DNA from: Carcharhinus amblyrhynchos
Taxonomy: Eukaryota
DNA: 64,000 nucleotides
Assembly (NCBI GenBank): GCA_965287045.1
Contig: OZ336878.1
Span: forward strand, 53,630,001-53,694,000
Direction of reading: 5' to 3'
Below the pieces are notes generated by a model, which saw nothing but the letters and a program-made list of their open reading frames with translations, was not told where the DNA came from and ran no database searches. A program made the position numbers and the translations under genes. This document shows, in pieces, positions 37,905 to 50,989 of this stretch; the stretch's first letter is position 1; the number at the start of each line of letters is the position of its first letter.

Positions 37905-39950
37905 TATAGAAACATAGCAATTAGGCAATTCAGCCTTTCAAACCCTTTCTGCCATTCTATATGATCATGGCTGATCTCCATCTCATCCTAACTCCACTTC
38001 CCTGCCTTATCCCCACAGCTGTTTATCTCATTTTTGATTAAATATGTATCTATCTCTTTCTTGAATCCATTGATTGATTCTGCATCCACTGCATTCTGGT
38101 ACAGTAAGTTCCATGGATTCACAACTCTCTGTGACAAGTAGCTTCTCCTTATCTCTGTGTGGAATCTCCCCCCTCTTACTCTACAACATTGACCTCTTGT
38201 CCGAGACTGTTCTCGAAGGGGGAACATTTGGTTAACAATTACATTATCAATCCCTTTGAGTATTTTATGTACCTCAATCAAATCCCTTCTGATTCTTCTG
38301 TACTCCAGTGAGTACAAGCCCAAGCTACTCAACTGCTCTTCATATGACAGCCGCTTCAAACCTGGAATCAATCCAGTGAACCTCTTCCAAACCACCTCCA
38401 GTGCCACCACATCCTTCCTCAAAGAAGATGACTAAAACTGAACACAATACTCCAAGTGTGGTCTCACCAATGCCTTATACAATTGTAACAACACTTCTCT
38501 ACTTTTATACTCTAGACCTTTGCAATAAATGCCAAGATTCCATTTGTCTTCCTTATAACATTCTGCACCTGCACAACCCACTTTCTGAGACTCATGCACA
38601 AGGACACTCACCTGCCTCTGCACAGATACCTTTTGAATCTGTTTCCCATTTAAATAGTAAGTTGCCCTTTTATTTTTCCAGCCAAAATGGATAACCTCGC
38701 ATTTATCCACATTACACTCCATCTGCCAGATTCTAGTCCATTCCTCGAGCCTGTCAGTATCCATTTTTTATTTCCTCATCACAGCTTGCTTTCCCACCTA
38801 TTTTTGTGTCATCAGCAAATTCCACTATGTTACACTCTGTCCCTGCTTGCAGATCACTGAGGTAGATTTTAAATAGTTGAGAACTGAACTCGGTGGGACT
38901 CCATTAATACAGATCGCCAACGGGAGAAGGACCTATTTATCCCAACCCTCTGCTATCAGTCAGCCAATCATCAATCCAAGCCACTACTCTACCCCCAATC
39001 TCTTGGGCTCTAACCTTCTGAATCAGTCTTTTGTGTGGCACCTTATTAAAAGCCTTTTAGAAGTCCAAATAGACCACATCCACAGGATCTCCATTATCTA
39101 CCTTGCTGGTTACATCCTCAAAGAACTCTAGCAGGTTTGTCAAACAAGACTTGTCCTTCACAAAACCATGCTGACACTGTTGAATTGAGCTTTGCTTTCC
39201 CAAACTCTCAATCATCTCTTCCTTAATGATTGGCTCCAGCAATTTTCCCACCACAGGTCTATATTTCCCCATTTCTTGTCGCTCTCTTTTCTTGTCTAAG
39301 GGCGTCACACTAGTATGTTTCCAGTCCACTGGTACCTTTCCAGAATTCAAGGAATTTTGGAATATCATAACTAATGCATTCACTATCTCTGCTGTCACCT
39401 CCTTTAATACCCTAGGATGTAGGCCATCAGGTCCCAAGGACTTACCTACTTTTAAACCCTTCTGGGTACTGAGTACCTTCTTCCTGGTTATAGTAATTTC
39501 ATCAAGTTCCACCATGATAACTGCAATTTTTGGGAGACAATTATCTTCTATGTGAAGACAGAGTCAAAGTATTGGTTTTGTGTCTCTGCCATCTCCGAGT
39601 TTCCCATTATTACGCCACCATTTCCATCCTCTAAAAGGCCAACATCTACTTTCATTATTCTCTTCCTCTTTATATACTAATAGAAACTTTTGGTGTTTGT
39701 GTTTATGTTTTCAGGTAGCTTCCTTTCACAGCCCATTTTAGCATTTTTTATGTTGTATTTAGTCACCTTTTGTTGGTGTTTGACGTTTTCCCAAACTTCC
39801 ACGCTGTCACTAACTTTTGCAGTGTTATATATCCTCATTTTTGATCTTATATTATGTTAAGCCATCCTCAAAGAACTCTGGCAGGTTTGTTAAACAAAAC
39901 TTGCCCTTCATAAAATCGTGCTGACACTGGTGAATTGAGCTTTGCTTTTT
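37905..39950 (-). mobile_element. CR1 LINE, ~2 kb with RT
   Basis: ORFs GPDGLHPRVLKE, QHGFVKDKSCLTNLLEFFE, VDVVYLDF, WQMECNVDKCEVIHFG, LVRPHLEYCVQF. Confidence 0.95.
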
Positions 39951-41185
39951 CATATACATGATATATAGATTTATTTACGTTTATATGACATATTGCGACC
40001 CATATTAATACCAACAGCCCTTACAGACACAATACCCAGTCAAGATTCACCACTGCCACAACACCAAAGGCCTGTTGATTTTATCTAGCATTTTCTGCTT
40101 TTATTTCAGATTTCCAGCATCAACAGTATTTTGCTTTTACAAAGTTTCTTGCTTGGGTTAACTCAGCTTCAAACGGTTTCCTTCTGGCAGACTTCTGAAC
40201 ATTCATTAGATGTCTTGTTCAGTTGGATCACTCCCTGAGACACCCAAAATTGAAATCTAATCTCACTATTACTTTAACTTCAGAGCAAGTGCATGATTTC
40301 CTTAAACTTTATTCCTCATTAAATTTTTTGCAAGGTTTCTAATTGGTGTGATCAGACTTTCTGCCTCCATGTTTGGCTCTGCATCAACTAACTGTTAATG
40401 GCTCCCAGGGTTTCTTCTAACTCTGACTTTTTCCACAACATGAAACCACCACACAGCTCCTGGATCTTCTGTGTCCCCGTGCACAGCTAGCCCATATTAC
40501 CTTTGCTGCTTGGAATTTCTATGCTGACTCACTCCTATACTGTCGATCACTCACTCTGAACTGAGCTGGAGACCCTATCCACATGCTCACACAGATCCCA
40601 ACCATGGTACTGGGCAGAAACCTCAACACCTGCATCGGAACAGGCAGTACTCCAAAATGTCCCACTGTCCACGGGGACCCACAGGAACACAGGGATCGAT
40701 AGATTTCCGAATTATATGCACAGATATCACATTCCATATTGTAGATGTCAGATATTGTAAAAGAAATTTAAAATTCTGCATTCTCCTGACCTAATCTTCT
40801 TGTGCTGGATAAAATCAGCAGGCTTGGTGTTGTAACAGTGGTAAATCTTCATTGGGTTTTGTGTCTGTAAGGGTTGCTGGGATTATAAGAATATTCAATT
40901 TATTCACAATAGAGAGATGTGGGTGGATTTATATCACATATTTTAGAGGCATGCAAAAACAAATTCAATCTAAACAATTTACTAAATAATATATAAAGAT
41001 GAAATGATCCATATCTCAACTCATTTAACACCTATCGACTTTGTTGCTTTAAAAGGGACAGAGCTTTTTAGCTAAATAATACTTAATTCATTACCCTATT
41101 TTTGAAACAGCTATCCTTATAGAACAGTGCATAGAATCAAGGGATTTTGGTAGGATGGGAAAATGGTGTTGATGTGGAAGATAAG

Positions 41186-41388
41186 TGTTATGCATTCATA
41201 TGATTCCTAGTTGATACAGGGGCACTTTAAGGGATTGATCACATAATGTGCTAATGACATGATTTCCCATTTGGACAGGAAAATGAGCTGTCTATCCTAA
41301 CAGCCTGCAGAGTAAACACTTCTCCAATAAAGCTCTTGTTTGTTTGCACCTATCCTTCTGAAATACCATTAAAAAACTGGTGATGAGG
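41186..41388 (+). mobile_element. Gypsy-type LTR with primer-binding site
   Basis: Starts TGTTATG, AATAAA at ~41326, followed by TGGTGATGAGG at 41378 (CpG-decayed TGGCGACGAGG). Confidence 0.6.
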
Positions 41389-43329
41389 TGTAGATCCATA
41401 CTGCAACACCCAAAGAAGAATTTCAGAAATCTGCTGGAACAAGAGAAATATTATCAGTCCATGTTACTGATATCCAGAAAGACATAAGGGGTTAAAAAAA
41501 ATTGTGGCACTAAAGTTGGCAATGGAGGGGTGCTGAATATCAGTAGCAGCCACCAAAGGAACTAAAATTTAAACCACGATTTTGAAGAAAGAATGTCGAA
41601 TCATAGCTCATCATGTACTCTGCTTGGAAAGATCTGGAACAGTATGGGGAACACTGTGAGTAGCAAGTACCCGGCAACAATAACTAGGGATGTTGCAAAG
41701 CTTGGGTCAGATAAACCTCATGCCTGCTGATGTGGGGCAAGGGGACGATGCATCTCATTGCTGAGAGGTTGGCGGTATGCTCTTGAACCTTGGGGTCCAA
41801 CATGCCAGGTCTTTGCTTGTGAGGACCTGTATGAAAGCCTTTCCACAGCAGATCCCCCTGGGGAGGCAAGTGAAAGCTATTTGACTTGGGCTACAAGCGA
41901 TTGGGGCCTGCAGTGCAGCTTGGGAGGGTTGCAATGGGTTTGTGCCGAGTGCATAACCCACTTTTCTGCCAAATCTGGACCATCACAATATGCACTGGGA
42001 GCTAGTGATCCTGGAAAATCTCCCCCATAGTGTTGGAGTGATGCAGCAGGCTTGAAGGACCACAAGGCTCACTTCTGCTCCTATTTTTTGCATTAATTGG
42101 AGAGCAACCAACATCCATAAAGAGTGAAGTATGAAGAAAACCAGACAGGCTCGTCAACCTTGAAAGAAGATGTTTGAGATGGAACATTGTAGAGGTTTAA
42201 AACATAGCAAAACACATAGAAATAATAAATCTGAAACAATTACTTCACATTAAAATGTGACACATAGAACAATTGGTGTGGGTCCAAACTAGTAAAGGGC
42301 ACATCTAAGATGGATACTGGGAAATTATTCACGGAGAGTAATAAATATAAGAAATGACTTTTCAGCTAGTGGAGGTGAGACTCAGACATTTTTAAGGAAG
42401 AACTGGATGTTGTCAGGGTGTACTGAAGGATTTGCAGTAATAACTGCAAATAATAGATAGTTGCAGACAAAATTAGATTCCTACGATTAAAGTTGATTGC
42501 TGGAGTGCCAATACTTCCTAGGCAGAATTCATGACTTCAGCTCGTCTTGTTGCCGATGAAACCTTTCACATCTCACATAACTGCGTCTTGTTTGGATTTC
42601 CAGCTGTCGAACACATCCACACCAAAATTCAGCATAAAACCTCAGTGGACTTATTCCGTCTGCTTCTATAACCACTGTTATTAAACAGGCCACTCTATAA
42701 ACAGTCAGGACCTTGCATTTCAAATGTCTGTCATCAGGCCTTCTTATGTGTAACTTAAGCAAATTCCTAACAATGATATTAGCTTAAAGAAACTGTATCC
42801 CAGTGCGGGTCCTGCCAGGCTGATTTTTAAAACTTGTGGTAATCATTTTACTGTTATTACAGAGTAGAGACTCTTTGCAATTGGACAGGATTAGAAAAGT
42901 TATTTTGGCACAGAAAATGCCTCAGGAGTAAATGCACCATCTTTACTTTTACTGGTGTGTTTAATACCCTGTGATATTGTTGTTCAATATTACAATATTT
43001 GGATAATTTGAGATTTGTATTTGGACAGTGAGGTGGATAAAAATGTCACTCTGTACTCAGTGAGGGATATTTTCTGAGTTTGTGTTTCTGCTGTGTTCTC
43101 TTGCCCACTGCCTGTATTTATCAGGAAATCTCAAGAATGCTACTACAACTATACGTTGTTAATTTTAAATAGCTGAAAATCCTCAGTGATGCTTTTCACC
43201 CCAAGGTACAGACAAGAACAATTGCAGATATTGTCTTATAGCTGTCTGTTAGCAGTCTCGGAAATCGCCTCAGCAGCATGTGGAAAAGTACCTCAAAAAA
43301 AACCCAAATACATTAAACCCCTTCTCGGT

Positions 43330-43640
43330 AACCTTCTTCTGCCTTTCATCCCTCTGAGATATCTGTGCTCCTTCACTATGGGATTCTCGCACGTCCCTGG
43401 TTTCTATCACCTTATCACTGGTGGCTGTTCCTTCAGCCTCCTAGTCCCTAAGCTCTGGAAGTTCCTCTTTGAGTCTGTTCTCCTTCAAAGCCTCCTGACA
43501 AACTCTCTTTTTGATTAAGTTTTTGTTCACCTGCCCTGATATCACTCAGCAACTTGGTATCAAATCTTGTTTGATTATGGTCCTATAAAACACTTCAGGA
43601 TTTATTTTGTTAAAAGCAGTGCATGTTGTTTTGTTGTTGT
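43330..43640 (+). mobile_element. L2 LINE 3' fragment
   Basis: cctctgagatatctgtgctcc..tggctgttccttcagcctcctagtccctaagctctggaa..; homologous to 51270-51545. Confidence 0.7.
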
Positions 43641-43685
43641 GACTGGCAGAGAGAGGAACCCATTAGATTCTAAGTCTGCTTAACC

Positions 43686-43835
43686 ATGATGCGGAGATGC
43701 CGGCATTGGACTGGGGTGGGCATAGTAAGAAGTCTCACAACATCAGGTTAAAGTCCAATAGATTTACTTGGTAGCACAAATTTGCTACCAAATAAACCTG
43801 TTGTACTTTAACCTGGTATTATGGGACTTCTTACT
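43686..43835. mobile_element. Palindromic element from Penelope family B terminus
   Basis: Arms 43724-43776 and 43783-43835 are inverted; right arm matches PLE tail 5544-5584; flanked by TCTGCTTAACCA / TCCGCATAACCA. Confidence 0.85.
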
Positions 43836-44524
43836 CCGCATAACCAAATCTTGGAAGTGAAATACAAATTGCGAACCTCCACTTGCTCAGGATACTCAAT
43901 GTGATCAAAATTGTTTCAAACATTTATAACTTATACACAATGCTCTTTTGATGTTTTGATGCATTTTTATTTCTGACAATAATCAAGTTAAAATGGCACT
44001 AAGAGGATGACAGATGGTTCCGGGATCCCCAGTAGCTGCTTTGGAGTCACAGAAATGATAACTCAATCATCTAAAAAAAAAGTATTGTTGCAGAGTAAAG
44101 AAAAGTAACTTTAACCTTAATTTGAATATTTGCAACCAATTTTGAATCATTTATAACTGAAAATTCTTCATCTTAATCAAAGAATCTAGGGAGAAAGAAA
44201 GGTGCAGAAAAATATAATTCAGAATGAGAGGTGGTGAATGGAAAATAGCAATTTATCTGCAATCATAATATGGAAATAATTAACAAAAACTGAAAAACTT
44301 AAATTAAAGTATGAACATGTTAGTAACCACCTAAATTTTTTTAGAAGAAATTTTCTTCAGTGTTTACCTTGTAGAAAGGATATAATTCTACAATAATCAA
44401 CCCACTTGGATATAGTTCAGGAAGGTTGGAGATTTATAGCACCATGGCACATTAACTGATCTCAAATGAAATGACAGTGTGTCCTTCAGGTTTAGAATGG
44501 GTTCCCACACAAATGACTATCTAG

Positions 44525-44880
44525 CATAAGAACATAGAGTCAGGATTTAGCCATGTAGCCCTTCAAGCCTGTTCTGCAATTCAATGAGATCGTGACTGAT
44601 ATGTGACCTAATTTCATACAATCACCTTTGCCCCATTTCCCTTAATACTCTTGGTTAACAAAAACCTATCAATCTCAAATGTGAAATTTACAATTGATCT
44701 ATTTCAACTGTGGTTTGCGAAAGAGAGTTTTTTTTCCCAAACTTCCATCTGTGTAGAAGTGTTTCCAACTTTCACTTCTGAAAGGTCTTGCTCTAATTGT
44801 TAGATTATGCCTGAGTCCTAAACTCCCCAATTAGGAGAAATAAATTTCTCTATCCTATCTTAATATCTTGAAAATTTTTA
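44525..44880 (-). mobile_element. CR1 3' fragment
   Basis: cataagaacatagagtcagga..gccatgtagcccttcaagcctgttctgcaattcaatgagatc. Confidence 0.8.
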
Positions 44881-44990
44881 TCTTATTGCTATTATATCCC
44901 AAACTTTTCTTATTGCATACGCCATTCTGCTGCCCCAAGTACCCCTACCAGCACACAGCAGTAATATTTTGATTCCTTTAATGCCCAGCA

Positions 44991-45250
44991 GGGGACAAAT
45001 TACCTCAGTTGGTTAGTTGGCTAGCATGAGGCTCAGAATCATGCCAAGAGTGTGGGTTCAATTCCTGCTCTAGCTGAGGTAGACTTGGGACCTGTCGCTT
45101 TGACCTGCCCCTGAGAGTGGTAGGCAATGGCAAACAGTACTGAAGAAAATGGCTGCAGCGTCATCAGTGAGCCAAAGATCAGGCTTTTGAGCAGATCACA
45201 CCCATTGTACAAAATGGGCAATAAAATGTATATGGACATATACAACTTAA
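44991..45250 (+). mobile_element. tRNA-derived SINE of a distinct family
   Basis: A-box TACCTCAGTTGGTTAG, B-box GGGTTCAATTCC, then GGCAATGGCAAAC motif. Confidence 0.6.
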
Positions 45251-45699
45251 ACAATGCCAAAACTTTGCTTTTCACCACTAATTCGATGATCAAGTTGTTT
45301 GTTCAGGCATAGAGTGTTAGTTTGAATCTTAGATTGCCCTGCAAATTGGACACTAAAGCAAATGGCAATTTTTTGGCTAAACAAAAAATTTGGCTAAACT
45401 TCTGCTAATCTCTGCATCAGTAGTCCCCCACACAACCCTAGGCCATTGTTCCTCTTTAACTTCTTTCAGTCAAAATTTTTTGAGTTGTTATCAGTAGTAT
45501 GACAATGGAAATACCCTCTCAATGTCTACTATCACTAAATGTTATGCTGTGGGAACAGAGAAAGATGAAAGTGGCAGCCAAGTATTTCATGCCCTGAAAT
45601 AAATTGTGTGAATGCTTGGCATTTTATATGATACTGAACTGAGGTCAACAGTCCATCTTAACCATCACCAAAATCTCCCAGTTTCATCTTTGCAACATT

Positions 45700-46215
45700 A
45701 TCATCCCACTTTTAAAACTCATTTGTTGTCATCTCCATAATCGGATGCCCTCCTGAGCTCCATAAACCTCCACTTACATAAAACACAGCAATCTGAAAAC
45801 TGTTCCTCACTAATACCCATTTGGACATCATTGACCGGCTTTGGCCCTATCCCACATATATGAAATTTGAACTACCCATTCATATGAACTTGCTCTGTGA
45901 CCTTACTGCACCCTATTTCTACAACATCCTCCAAAGTCTTATTTACATTCTGTAGCATTCTTAAGTTCTCTGATTCTGGTCCTATTTATTCAGCTCCCTC
46001 CCTTTTGTGGCATTAGTTTTACTATTCCCCTAGCCTCTTCTGCATGCCCACCAGTCTCTGTTCCTTTAAATATCTTCTCAAAAAACATCATTTTGACAGC
46101 TCTTGGTCATTCCTCTACTAATATTTCATCCTCCATGGCTCACATTCCTTTCCCTAAAAACTATCCCTTGGGCATTCTTTAGCATGGAGGGACTACGCAA
46201 ATGTCGGCTTTTGTT
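45700..46215 (+). mobile_element. Very old L2 3' fragment
   Basis: Degenerate similarity to L2 copy at 50990-51545 (ctccataaacctccac..., tttgaactaccc..., ctacgcaaatg tail). Confidence 0.45.
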
Positions 46216-46874
46216 TGAATTTACTCTTCAGATTATCGTATTATATCTGCACAATTGTATCTCACCATATCTATCAAACTGTTGTTCCAATACACAAACA
46301 TTTTCTAAAATATAAATGCTACATTCATTAATGGAGTGTTAATTAGATTTTAGATTGTCAATTTAATGTTACAGTGATTTTCAGTTTGATTTCTACTGAA
46401 AAAGTATGAAAACTCTGCATTTCTTACTTAAACTGAGGAAGCTTTCAGCAGAATCTCCCGTTGTGAACTGCCCAACCTCACTGATTCCACCTTTACACGT
46501 CATAGGTGTGTCTGATACCGAAAGGGAGAGGCTCCTCTCAGAGTGTAAAAGACTCCCTACAAGGGGAGATGATGGAGCCTTTAGACAGGGGAATCTCCTG
46601 CAACACATAGTCAGCAGATGAGGTCAGCAGGCTGGACAAGGTGACCTTCCCACTCTAGACCCCGTAATTTAATCTCCAGTTGGGAGTCTTGCACACTCAG
46701 AAAACCCCAGCCGGGGTCCATCGTACATGTCTAGGTCAAAGGCCAGGTAAGTGTAGGTGATGGTCTCTTCCTGGATGATGCAATGCTTCAGGGAACCTAT
46801 GAGCCCCAAGTAGTTTGGAGAAAGATGATTTCCCTTGAAAACCACAGACCTGAATGCACTAGGGAGTTATAAGA

Positions 46875-47640
46875 ATAGATAGGCTGGAAAATTGGGTGGA
46901 GAAATGGCAGATGGAATTTAATCCAGATAAATGCGAGGTGATGCATTTTGGTAGAACTAATGCAGGGAGTAGCTATACAATAAATGGCAGAACCATCAAG
47001 AGTATAGACACACAGAGGGACCTGGTTGTGCAAGTCCACAGGTCCTTGAAGGTGGCATCACAGGTGGAGAAGGTGGTGAAGAAGGCATATGGCATGCTTG
47101 CCTTTATAGTACGGGGCATAGAGTATAAAAATTGGCATCTGATGTTACAGCTGTATAGAACATTGGTTAGGCCACATTTGGGGTACTGCGTCCAGTTCTG
47201 GTCACCACACTACCAGAAGGATGTGGAGACTTTGCAGAGAGTACAGAAAAGGTTTACCAGGATGTTGCCTGGTATGGAGAGTCTTATCTATGAGGAGAGA
47301 TTGGGTAAGCTGGCGTTGTTCTCCCTAGAAAGACGGAGAATGAGGGGAGACCCAGGTGTATAAGATTATGAAGGGCATATTTAGGGTGAACAGTGGGAAG
47401 CATTTTCCCAGGTCGGAGGTGATGATCACGAGGGGTCACAGGTTCAAGGTGAGAGGGGCGAGGTTTAACTCAGATATGGAGGCGGACACACTGGGATCGT
47501 TTAAGACTTATCTGGATAGCCACATGAACAGACTGGGAATGGAGAGATACAAACGAATGGTCTAGTTGGACCAATGAGCGGTGCAGACTTGGAGGGCCGA
47601 AGGGCCTATTTCCTGTGCTGTATTGTTCTTTGTTCTTTGA
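46875..47640 (+). mobile_element. CR1 (HER1-like) 3' fragment
   Basis: ORF 46896-47363 WQMEFNPDKCEVMHFG...LVRPHLGYCVQFWSP; tail TTGTTCTTTGTTCTTTG. Confidence 0.95.
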
Positions 47641-47899
47641 CAGAGAGGGTCACTAGTGATTAAATGACATTGAGACCTTCCTCTTTCGGACAAACTTGTG
47701 TTCCCAGGCCACAGGACCCTTACATTTGTGAAAATACAACAGAAAGAGCAAACATCCAGCAGTAAGCAGCTCAACCTTTATTCCTCACACACATACAAAG
47801 TTTCAATAAATAAAATGTAAGGGAAAATAGTTAAATGTTTGCATTAGATCTTGAATCCACATTGGACAATCTGCCCCATTTATGCTCCAGAAATGTCTC

Positions 47900-48480
47900 G
47901 CATATCTCCAGGGTTTTGGAATTGGTATTCTAAATTCCATAGAATCACACCCTAGTTGATGTAACCTCTCCTTGTAATTTAACCCTTGAATCATTCTGGT
48001 AGATCTAATGCGCACTTTCTCTTAAGCCAATATACCCTTCCTAAGGTGTACTGCGCAGTACTGCAAATAATATTCCAGATGTGTTCAAACTAGGCTTTGT
48101 ATAGCTGTGTCATAAAGTGAAGTCCCCTTGTACTTGAGTTTTCTGAATATTTTGATTTGATTGATTTGTTTTGATTGATATTGTCATGTGTATTGGTATA
48201 TAGAGAAAAGTATTTCTCGTGTGCCAAACAGACAAAGCGTACTGTTATTAGAGTACATTGGGGAGAATGAAAGGAGATATATAAAGGCCAGCATATGATT
48301 ACTTGTTTATGGTATTTTAATGATCTCCCATCCTCAGTCTCTTTGGAACTCCTGTTTCTAACTTTTCAGCATATGGAAGTACTCTGTCCTATTCCTTTAT
48401 GTCCGATATCAATGACAATAACATTTGCTCACATTGAAATCTACTTGCTGTAGCTTTGCCTATTCATTTAATTTATTAAT
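47900..48480 (-). mobile_element. Old CR1 fragment with Rex1 tail (48150-48280) inserted
   Basis: GLNYKERLHQLG..SMEFR on minus; (TTTGA)n tail insert. Confidence 0.6.
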
Positions 48481-49186
48481 GCCTCAGTAATTTCATGCTC
48501 ACAGTGCAGCAGTACCTGAAGAAATGTCAGCCAGTGTGGATAAGTAGAGAATCAAGCTCACTCCCAAGGTTAACTAATTCATTCATGGTCACTGTGTTGG
48601 ATCACACTTGCAAAAAAGCCACTGCACAAGATGTAGGAAAGCCGAAACTCCTTGAATGGAACCATTGTATTCATCACTATCTTGGAGGGGTAGCAGTGTA
48701 GGGAAGGCTGAAGAAACTCTTTAATGCGAGTATTTCATTTCCAATATTTTGATTGGTTTAATGTGTTGTCAAAATACAACTAACATCAAGAAAATAATAT
48801 TAAACAAATTCCAGTATCACAGATCTGATTTGTATACAATTCTTCTGCTTCATCTCAGGCGATACAGCCACAAAAAATGATCACTGAATTATTTTGTGTT
48901 CCATATTTGAGAATGAATGAGCATGTCATATTCTAACAGCATTCTTCCTATCTTTCAAAGCATATGAGGTTTGGTCTTTACAATTACATATGATATTGTT
49001 CTTTAAGAATCATGATGTGTATCAGCAATGTACAGTTAGGTTTTCCATTATGTTAATTCCTGTAAATTGGAGGATGCACTGTTCATGTGATTAATAAGCA
49101 ATGGCACCATACATCTCTCCTTCTTGCTTCACTCTTTCCTGACTAAGATAGTGTTTGTCTCCATTCCCGTATCACCCCCACCACCG

Positions 49187-49230
49187 ACCCCCCCCCCCCC
49201 CCCCCCCCCAACCACCCCCCACCCACACCC
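49187..49230. repeat. Poly-C tract
   Basis: Run of ~22 C followed by C/A-rich sequence. Confidence 0.85.
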
Positions 49231-49549
49231 TGACCACATTCAATAAGTGGCAATCTAAATGAAAATCACAGCTGTATGGCATCATTATGGCACTAATACG
49301 GTTTCCTGACCATAACACCTACCAAAAGGTGTTCCTATCCACAGCCCATAAGTAGTGCAAATTCTGTGGCAGCTGATTTCAGATAGCGCTTCAGTGGTTT
49401 CTCAGCCTCTTCCAGGAAAATGGAGCTTTTGGAGACATGTTTCTTGCACTAATTTTGGGATATTTTGATCTTAAATTTTTATAATTTTTTTATAATCAGT
49501 ATTCTAAGCTTTGTACTCTCCAGAAACTTCTGGCTGGCTTTGCCTCTGT

Positions 49550-50150
49550 CTACACTTCCTCCTGCCCCGGCAAAGCAGCCAGCATAATTAAGGATCCCAC
49601 ACACCCTAGACATTCTCTCTTTCACCTTCTTCCTTCGGGAAAAGTATACAAAAGTCTGAGGTCACGTGCCAAGAACTCAAGAACAGCTTCTTCCCTGCTG
49701 CTGTCAGACTTTTGAATGGACATACCTTGCATTAAGTTGATCTTTCTCTACACCCTAGCTAAGACTGTAACACTGCATTCTGCACTCTCTTGTTTCGTTC
49801 TCTGTGAATGGTATGTTTTGCCTGTATAGCATGCAAGAAACAACACTTTTCACTGTATGTTAATACATAAGAACATAAGAACTAGGAGCAGGAGTAGGCC
49901 ATCTGGTCCCTTGAGCCTGCTCCACCATTCAATAAGAGCATGGCTGATCTTTTTGTGGACTCAGTTCCACTTACCTGCCCACTCACCATAATCTTTAATT
50001 CCTTTACTGTTCAAAAATTTATCTGTCCTTGCCTTAAAAACATTCAATGAGGTAGCCTCAAATGCTTCACTGGGCAGGGAATTCCACAAATTCACAACCC
50101 TTTATGTGAAGGGTGCAACTGACAATAATAAATCAAATCAAAAATCAAAT
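49550..50150 (+). mobile_element. Rex1/Babar LINE 3' end, interrupted by CR1
   Basis: KAASIIKDPTHPRHSLFHLLPSGK..KNSFFPAAVRLLN; tail TGACAATAATAAATCAAATCAAA. Confidence 0.85.
49866..50111 (-). mobile_element. CR1 family B 3' fragment
   Basis: cataagaacataagaactaggagcaggagtaggcc...gtggactcagttccacttacctgccc. Confidence 0.92.
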
Positions 50151-50989
50151 GAGTTATTTTCTTATGGGGACATTTCTGGGAGGAGAAGGAGAAAGGAATA
50201 AAACTTAGAGATGGGTAAATAGAAGGGTTCTCAGAGAAACCTTTACATTCCCAAAAGAGCTCGTAAACTCAGAACCACTAACCTGCAGTTTTCTGAGGAA
50301 TAGTGCAATTCGAAGCTTCAATCAGCAAGCAAGCATAGCAATGTCTATTGCAGTTAAGGTTACTGCGCTCCTGAACTCGTTTTCCTTTAGTTGCCCTGCA
50401 GTTGACAACCATGTCCAATATTTACCCCAGTTATTCAAATATAAAATCAACATTATCTTCCAAATTAGCATTTGTGTCACCTAAGATCACTAGACACTAC
50501 AGCAACACACTCTGCATATAGGAAAAAAGTAACACTGTGGCCTATGGAAATTCTTATACAGTTTCTGCCAGGCAATCCAATGCAGTTTGTCTGAAGTCAG
50601 TCAAACCAGCAAAAATGATCAAGGAATTTTAAGAGCAGGTTATGCCCAGCAGAAATTAAATTTTATAGGTTTAAAAGAAATTGACTTGAATCCAACTCCA
50701 CCCATAAAACTAGCCATATCCCCAGAGCAAACTAATCAGCACAGCAAGTTTCCACAAATCCTCATTTGTGTTTATTTGATGTTGGACCTTCCTATTGTTA
50801 CATTCTTCTTTTTATAATGATCCATTCTCTGTATTCATTATCTACTCTGATTGCAGCTGTTTGGTCCAAAGTTCAGTTTTGAAGTGGATCTTAAATCTCC
50901 CTTCTATGTCCAGATTATATAGCATTTCAAAAATCTGTTTGTGCCTCACACCGTCAAATGCCTTGGTATGATTTATAAAATTTAGCTAT

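Noticed and set aside
40140-40750. Possible LTR-element internal remnant
   Set aside because: No diagnostic motif recognisable; left unannotated
42529-42762. 77-aa minus ORF as host exon
   Set aside because: No splice signals or recognisable protein features
50283-50511. Minus-strand segment with acceptor and CAG|GTTAGT donor
   Set aside because: All frames closed from the acceptor; cannot be an internal coding exon
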